Source: Guillardia theta CCMP2712
Lineage: Eukaryota > Protista > Cryptophyta
DNA length: 63,403 nucleotides
Assembly (NCBI RefSeq): GCF_000315625.1
Contig: NW_005434630.1
Span: 496,001-559,403, forward strand
Reading direction: 5' to 3'
The notes under the pieces are model-generated. The model was not told where the DNA came from. It saw only the letters and a list, made by a program, of their open reading frames with translations, and did not search any database. A program made the position numbers and the translations under genes. Positions within the stretch are counted from its first letter, which is position 1, and each line of letters starts with the position of its first letter. Below, in pieces: positions 57,246 through 63,403 of the stretch.

Positions 57246-59009
57246 ATGTCTTCCTTGACCCTCCTGCTCTTGACGGTGGTCCTGATGCCCCAAGGAGCGG
57301 GTGGTGAAGCGAACTTGCGCTTGATCGACTCGCATCCTATTGTTGCGCTCACAGCATGTCTGCGGCTGCGAGGAGGATCACAACCTGATGGAGACATGGA
57401 GGCCTTCAAGCGGGAACTTGAACGTTTGAATGAGATGCAGGGGGGGGAGGAGGGGTACGATGCTGAAGTTCGCTCAAGCGACATCAGTGAAGGCACCGAC
57501 TCAAGTGAGTGGATCAGCCCGCGTGCTCGTGAGTTGATGTCGGGGGGGCAAAGCAAGCGAGCAGCTCCAGCGGTGGCGCAAGTTTCAACGCCTATGCCTA
57601 AGAAGAAGAGAGCAGAAGTGGTAGAGGAGGAGACCGTTCAAGCCCCAGAGGATCTGCCGCTTGGAGATGGCGCGAGGTGAAGGAGGGAGAGGAGTGAGGA
57701 GGAGAGCCTGACTTGAAGCAGGTATGATCGGCAAACGCGAGAGCATCTCGTCAGCAAGCACGACGCCAAGGCAGGCATGCGTGTGTCTCTCTCCACCCGC
57801 GCGCTTGTCAACAGCTCTCGAGCTGATTTCTTCTCGCGCTATCGGTGACGCCCCTCTACCCTCCTTCACCTTCACCCTCCTTCAGCCTCCTCGATCCTGC
57901 TCGTTTCTGTTTCTCTCTTGCTGACGCTCTGCGACGTCAGAGGTCTGGTGGGCGTGTTGGAGGAGCCGGTGGATGAACGTCAGCTGGCCTGGTGCTGGGA
58001 GATGCCGGGCAGGTGCGAGCTGAGAGATGCGCAGGTGGGTGAAGTTTCCAGGGTTCCCTTGCGACTTCTTCATGACGGGGCAAGAGAACGAGTTTCACCT
58101 CGCGTATGCTCGTGAGAAGAACGTGGGGTTCAGCTCGAAATTCATGCAGAAGCACGCCTCCTCCTCCCTCTCCTCCCTCCCAGGTCAGCTCTCCCTGCTT
58201 GCAAGGTGAATGAAAGCTGGTCAGGGCTGGCCAATCGCTCGAGGCTCGTCACGGACATGCTGTGGAACGCGACGATGACCGGGGATGTCGATGGGATCAC
58301 AGAAGCGATCATGGTGATGAGAGGAGGAGGTAGAAGGGGTGAAGAAGGGGAGGGTAAGGAGGAGGAGGAGGAAGGGGTGAAGAAGGGGAGGGTAAGGAGG
58401 AGGAGGAGGAAGGGGTGAAGAAGGGGAGGGTAAGGAGGAGGAGGAGGAAGAGTTGAGCGCAGGGAGGGATGAGGAGAGAGAGGAGACGAGAGGAAGAGGC
58501 AGAGNNNNNNNNNNNNNNNNNNNNNNNNNNNNNNNNNNNNNNNNNNNNNNNNNNNNNNNNNNNNNNNNNNNNNNNNNNNNNNNNNNNNNNNNNNNNNNNN
58601 NNNNGAGGAGGGGGGAGAGAGAGCAGAGGAGGAGTAGGTGCTGAAGTACGTGCCAGGCGGGAGCGGATGTGAACTCAAAGCGAATGGTCGGAGCGATTTT
58701 GAGCACACCCCTGCATCAAGCCATCTTCTTTGGAAATGTAATCCACTCCCTCCCTCTCTGAGTTCTCAAGTTTTCTCGAATCTCTGTCCCCTTGTGTCTT
58801 ACACATGCTCGCTCTTGTCCTGACACAATCTCTCTCCCCGCTCTCTCTTCTCATCTTAGCATCTTGTTCTTGCTCGTCTCCTTGCGCACAACGCAAACAT
58901 TAAGGTTGTTGTCACTTGAACACGAGCTGGATGTTCAGCTGGGGGCTGCAGATGGTGGACGAGTATGGGGCGACTCCTCTACATCATGCGGCAGCACGAG
59001 GGGACAGGT

Positions 59010-59050
<41 letters not shown>

Positions 59051-60017
59051 TGAGGACGAGCGATGAAGGAAGAAGAATGCTCTCCAGCTGATGATGATGC
59101 AGCCAAGCAGTTCTGACTCTCCTGGACTCCGGGGCATCGGTAAAACACTTGAAAAGGGAGGTGGGAGAGAAGTGAGTTGGAGGCAGTTGGAGGCCAAGAC
59201 GAGCATGGGGTTTACTGCCTTGCACTTGGCTGCTCAAGCCTGCAGCCAGGAGTGCATGCACAGCCTGATCAGCAAGGGCGCTGACGTCAACGCCCTTGAC
59301 CATGTTCGAACCTCACCCCTCCACATCGCCGTGCAGCTGGAGTCTCCTGCCTGCGTCCAGCAGCTCTTGCTAGCAGGTGAAGTTGATGAGGAAGGGACGA
59401 GCAGGAGCAGGATCAGCAGGGTAATCTGAGCGTGTAGGAGCCAACTTGAGGGTGAAGACTATCGACGGCACCACTCCGATAGACTTGGCGAGCCAGCAGC
59501 AGGACAAGAAGCTCTACAACCAGCTGAGGTCAGTCGCTCGCCCTGCTCAAGTGGCTGAGAATGGGAGCAGGAAGATTCTGAGCCTGCAGGAGGAAGGCAA
59601 GCTCAAAGACGAGCACTTGGCGATCCGCGTGCTTGTCAGCGTCTGCCAGCAGCTGACGGCGGAGGAAGCAGAGCTGCAGGACAACCTGCTGAAGTCACTA
59701 GGGGGTCAGAGAGGCTTGACGAAGCGAGGAGACAGTGCGGGTGCTGCTGATGCTGCTGCTGCTGGGGAGGAGACGAAGTCGAGTGCGGCAAAGCAGGAGG
59801 AGGAGGAGAGGCAGCAGGAGAAGAACGAAAGCTCTGAGAGCTCGTCGGAGTCTGAGGAGGAAACCAAATCCTCCTCCCCCTCCTCTTTGGCATCGCAGCA
59901 GGTGACAAGCGAGTATTGAGGTTCGAGTGGATCCTGAGTTTCTTGCAGAAGGAGAATGAAGAGGAAGGGGAAAAATTTATGGATAGCGACGAGCTGTTCC
60001 CCAAGCTCGCCGTGTAG
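57246..60017 (+). CDS. Signal peptide + LRLRGG + acidic region + ankyrin repeats (multi-exon, spans a gap)
   Basis: Leader MSSLTLLLLTVVLMPQGAGG. LRLRGG at 57360-57377. ANK motifs GATPLHHAA, GFTALHLAAQ..SKGADVNALD..TSPLHIAV and GTTPIDLA. Stop at about 60017. Confidence 0.8.
58337..58450. repeat. Intronic purine-rich ~38-bp minisatellite, about 3 copies
   Basis: ggggtgaagaaggggagggtaaggaggaggaggagg(aa) repeated. Confidence 0.8.
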
Positions 60018-60152
60018 CTCAAGCTCCTCATCCCTTCCTCGACTGATTCTCCCGTTAAAATTCTTCGATCTAGTCGAGTAATTCTTCCCTCCTCATCCTG
60101 CTCCGCTCAAACCTGCCACGTTTTAACCGCCACCCCCGTCGCCTCTCCTCTC

Positions 60153-63100
60153 TCACAGTCTCGTCAACTTCTCCGCGCTGGAAGTCTTGCTGGGGGGAAC
60201 ACCAACGATGACATCGTTCTTGGTGCTCAGCTCAGGGAGCAGCAACTTGAAGCTGAGGAGCCACAGATCAACTCCTCCTCCTCCTCCTCCTCCTCCTCCT
60301 CCTCCTCCTCCTCCTCCTCCTCCTCCTCCTCCTCTCGCTGCTGCTCCTGCAGCTGCCACTGCTGCTCCTGCTGCCACTCGATGCCCTCCTTCATCCTCTC
60401 CTCCCATCTTCCCGCCCCTCGTACTGACAGGAGCGTGACGTAGCCATNNNNNNNNNNNNNNNNNNNNNNNNNNNNNNNNNNNNNNNNNNNNNNNNNNNNN
60501 NNNNNNNNNNNNNNNNNNNNNNNNNNNNNNNNNNNNNNNNNNNNNNNNNNNNNNNNNNNNNNNNNNNNNNNNNNNNNNNNNNNNNNNNNNNNNNNNNNNN
60601 NNNNNNNNNNNNNNNNNNNNNNNNNNNNNNNNNNNNNNNNNNNNNNNNNNNNNNNNNNNNNNNNNNNNNNNNNNNNNNNNNNNNNNNNNNNNNNNNNNNN
60701 NNNNNNNNNNNNNNNNNNNNNNNNNNNNNNNNNNNNNNNNNNNNNNNNNNNNNNNNNNNNNNNNNNNNNNNNNNNNNNNNNNNNNNNNNNNNNNNNNNNN
60801 NNNNNNNNNNNNNNNNNNNNNNNNNNNNNNNNNNNNNNNNNNNNNNNNNNNNNNNNNNNNNNNNNNNNNNNNNNNNNNNNNNNNNNNNNNNNNNNNNNNN
60901 NNNNNNNNNNNNNNNNNNNNNNNNNNNNNNNNNNNNNNNNNNNNNNNNNNNNNNNNNNNNNNNNNNNNNNNNNNNNNNNNNNNNNNNNNNNNNNNNNNNN
61001 NNNNNNNNNNNNNNNNNNNNNNNNNNNNNNNNNNNNNNNNNNNNNNNNNNNNNNNNNNNNNNNNNNNNNNNNNNNNNNNNNNNNNNNNNNNNNNNNNNNN
61101 NNNNNNNNNNNNNNNNNNNNNNNNNNNNNNNNNNNNNNNNNNNNNNNNNNNNNNNNNNNNNNNNNNNNNNNNNNNNNNNNNNNNNNNNNNNNNNNNNNNN
61201 NNNNNNNNNNNNNNNNNNNNNNNNNNNNNNNNNNNNNNNNNNNNNNNNNNNNNNNNNNNNNNNNNNNNNNNNNNNNNNNNNNNNNNNNNNNNNNNNNNNN
61301 NNNNNNNNNNNNNNNNCCCCCTCCGACCTCGGACCTCCGACCTCCGACCCTCCGACCCTCCGACCCTCCGACCCTCCCTCCCCGGGCGACGCTCCTGTCA
61401 TCGTTCCCTCCCTCCCTCCTCCCCCCTCCCTCCTCCTCCCCCTCCTCCTCCTCCCCACCGGTTTCACGTTCTTCAGCTGGGCTTCAGCTGACCTCTGCGC
61501 GAGGATCTCGACCGACTTGCGGTTCATGTCGACGCCGATGAAACGGCAGCCGCTGCTCCTCCTATCAGCCGCGAAGAGGTAGAAGAGCAGCTCACGGCAG
61601 CACAGAGGCGAGAGGGAGGAGGAGATTGCCTGAGCCGCAGCCGAAGTCAACGATGACAGGAGCGTCGCCCTGGTCCTTGAGGTCACTCGGACAGGACAAG
61701 TTTGTCGGTCACCTCCCAGCCTGCGAGGATTTCTCGGAGGAGGAGGAGGAAACTCTCCACTTGCTTCCTGTCTGCGGGTCAGCAACATCAACGAGAGCAG
61801 AAGCAGAAACCGCTTCCTCGTCGCTCTGCTCTCCGCTGTCTCCATCTTCCTCTCCCGTCGCCGCTTCCTGCCGTCCTCCTCCTCCTTCAACGTGAAGTCT
61901 GGCCGGCAAGAGCTGGGGATGCTCTCCCAGTCTATCACGAGCTGCTCGGGGCAAGACAGCTCCCGCCAGGCGTCAGTTGAGAGAGGAGGAGGAGCGAGGC
62001 GATCGATGACCTGAGCCAATTCAGCGGCGACGAGGAGCAAGGCAGCAGAGACAAGCAAGAAGATGAAGACAGAAGAGAGGAGAAGGCGTGGAAGGAGGGA
62101 GGAATAGGCACTAAAAGGAGGAAGAAGACCTTCTTCAATCCTTCTTGATTTCTGTCGATTTTCCTCCTCCTCTTTCGCGAGTTGTGAGCTTTCCGTACCT
62201 CCAGGCGAGTCTTCTTCTCCTCCTCTTCTCTTCGCCTCCTCTCCTCCTCCTCGGTGTCAAACTCGCTCCGTTTCTTGGCTCTCGACGCTCGGAGCCTCGC
62301 GCGCGCTCCCTCTCCCATCTCCTGTCCCTCGACGCTGTCGATGACGCGCTGGACGAGGGAGGAGTGACGGACCTTGAGGAGCGCGTAGCCCTGGTGCTCC
62401 TTGTCTGCGTCCCTCCTGCTTCTCTTCTCCTCGAACGCCACGACCAGCAGCTCCGAGATCGCGTCGCTGACCCTCCTCTCCTCCTCTCCTTGCAGTGGCA
62501 GCTGACCGAGAAAGCGAGAAAGCGCCGCCTCCACCTTATGCATGGGACTATGCCAGTCAAGGAAGCCGACGTAGACCCAAACGTTCCCGTCCTCCCTCCC
62601 TCCCTCTCCTCCCTCCCCTCCCCTCCCCTTCCCTTCCCCTCCCTCCCTCCTCTCCCTCTCCCCCCCCCGCCCTCCCGAGTGAAGAAGGAGAGCAACGATG
62701 CGAGATGATACCGCGTGCCTGAGCGGGGAAGATGATGAGAGAACATCTAGAGAGCTCAAAAATGCCTTCACCTGATCTCACTGCTACTCGAACGACGAAA
62801 NNNNNNNNNNNNNNNNNNNNNNNNNNNNNNNNNNNNNNNNNNNNNNNNNNNNNNNNNNNNNNNNNNNNNNNNNNNNNNNNNNNNNNNNNNNNNNNNNNNN
62901 NNNNNNNNNNNNNNNNNNNNNNNNNNNNNNNNNNNNNNNNNNNNNNNNNNNNNNNNNNNNNNNNNNNNNNNNNNNNNNNNNNNNNNNNNNNNNNNNNNNN
63001 NNNNNNNNNNNNNNNNNNNNNNNNNNNNNNNNNNNNNNNNNNNNNNNNNNNNNNNNNNNNNNNNNNNNNNNNNNNNNNNNNNNNNNNNNNNNNNNNNNNN

Positions 63101-63403
63101 NNNNNNNNNNNNNNNNNNNNNNNNNNNNNNNNNNNNNNNNNNNNNNNNNNNNNNNNNNNNNNNNNNNNNNNNNNNNNNNNNNNNNNNNNNNNNNNNNNNN
63201 NNNNNNNNNNNNNNNNNNNNNNNNNNNNNNNNNNNNNNNNNNNNNNNNNNNNAGCCTGTGGCGTTCCGCCTCGCATCATCACCCAAGTCCACCAAGCTTC
63301 CGCCCGGTGAGCAATGGCGACCGCCACCTTGAAGTCGGCGCAGGATCGGCATTGGTAAAGATGGGCCCTCGGCCTCGCCCGCACAGTCCAGACACACTCC
63401 CCC
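60153..63403 (-). CDS. Class I SAM-dependent methyltransferase (GSTCD/Methyltransf_32-like), incomplete
   Basis: IVDFGCGSGNLLLPLA (about 61605-61655) and CRFIGVDMN..SVEIL. Both ends are obscured by N gaps or the window edge. Confidence 0.7.

Noticed and set aside
60391-63397. Very long ORFs containing X runs
   Set aside because: Artefacts of reading through N gaps.
1-63403. tRNA, rRNA, transposase or reverse-transcriptase genes; selenoprotein recoding
   Set aside because: I saw no such motifs by eye, and the thioredoxin site is an ordinary CxxC. tRNAscan or Infernal would be needed to exclude small RNAs.

Overview
This is eukaryotic, intron-rich nuclear DNA with assembly gaps at 58505-58603, 60448-61316 and 62801-63252. 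The most likely source is a cryptophyte alga (Guillardia/Hanusia-like). That assignment is inferred from bipartite signal+'ASAF/AF' plastid leaders, many ~45-60 nt GT-AG introns and SSR-filled longer introns. About 25 spliced genes are present. Recognisable products are: a TPR protein, a PAPS/APS reductase-thioredoxin fusion, a YeeZ-like epimerase, a PH-domain single-repeat voltage-gated cation channel, DNAAF9/Shulin, a neurobeachin-like ARM/LamG protein without a BEACH domain, a PNRC-motif+Tudor protein, a HAD phosphatase, MUS81, a SulP/SLC26 transporter with an EF-hand-like insert, an FN2-repeat protein and a class I methyltransferase. The most striking signal is that three apparently non-duplicated ankyrin-repeat preproteins share the layout signal peptide - short spacer - (L)RLRGG (the ubiquitin C-terminal tail) - cargo. 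This suggests a DUB-cleaved or ubiquitin-mimic targeting system, possibly for the periplastid compartment or nucleomorph. Intergenic DNA shows two recurring vocabularies: GGGTA/TACCC-rich tracts upstream of most genes, and CCGG/GGCC/GATC-palindrome islands, one with a MITE-like inverted repeat. Exon boundaries were read by eye and are approximate.
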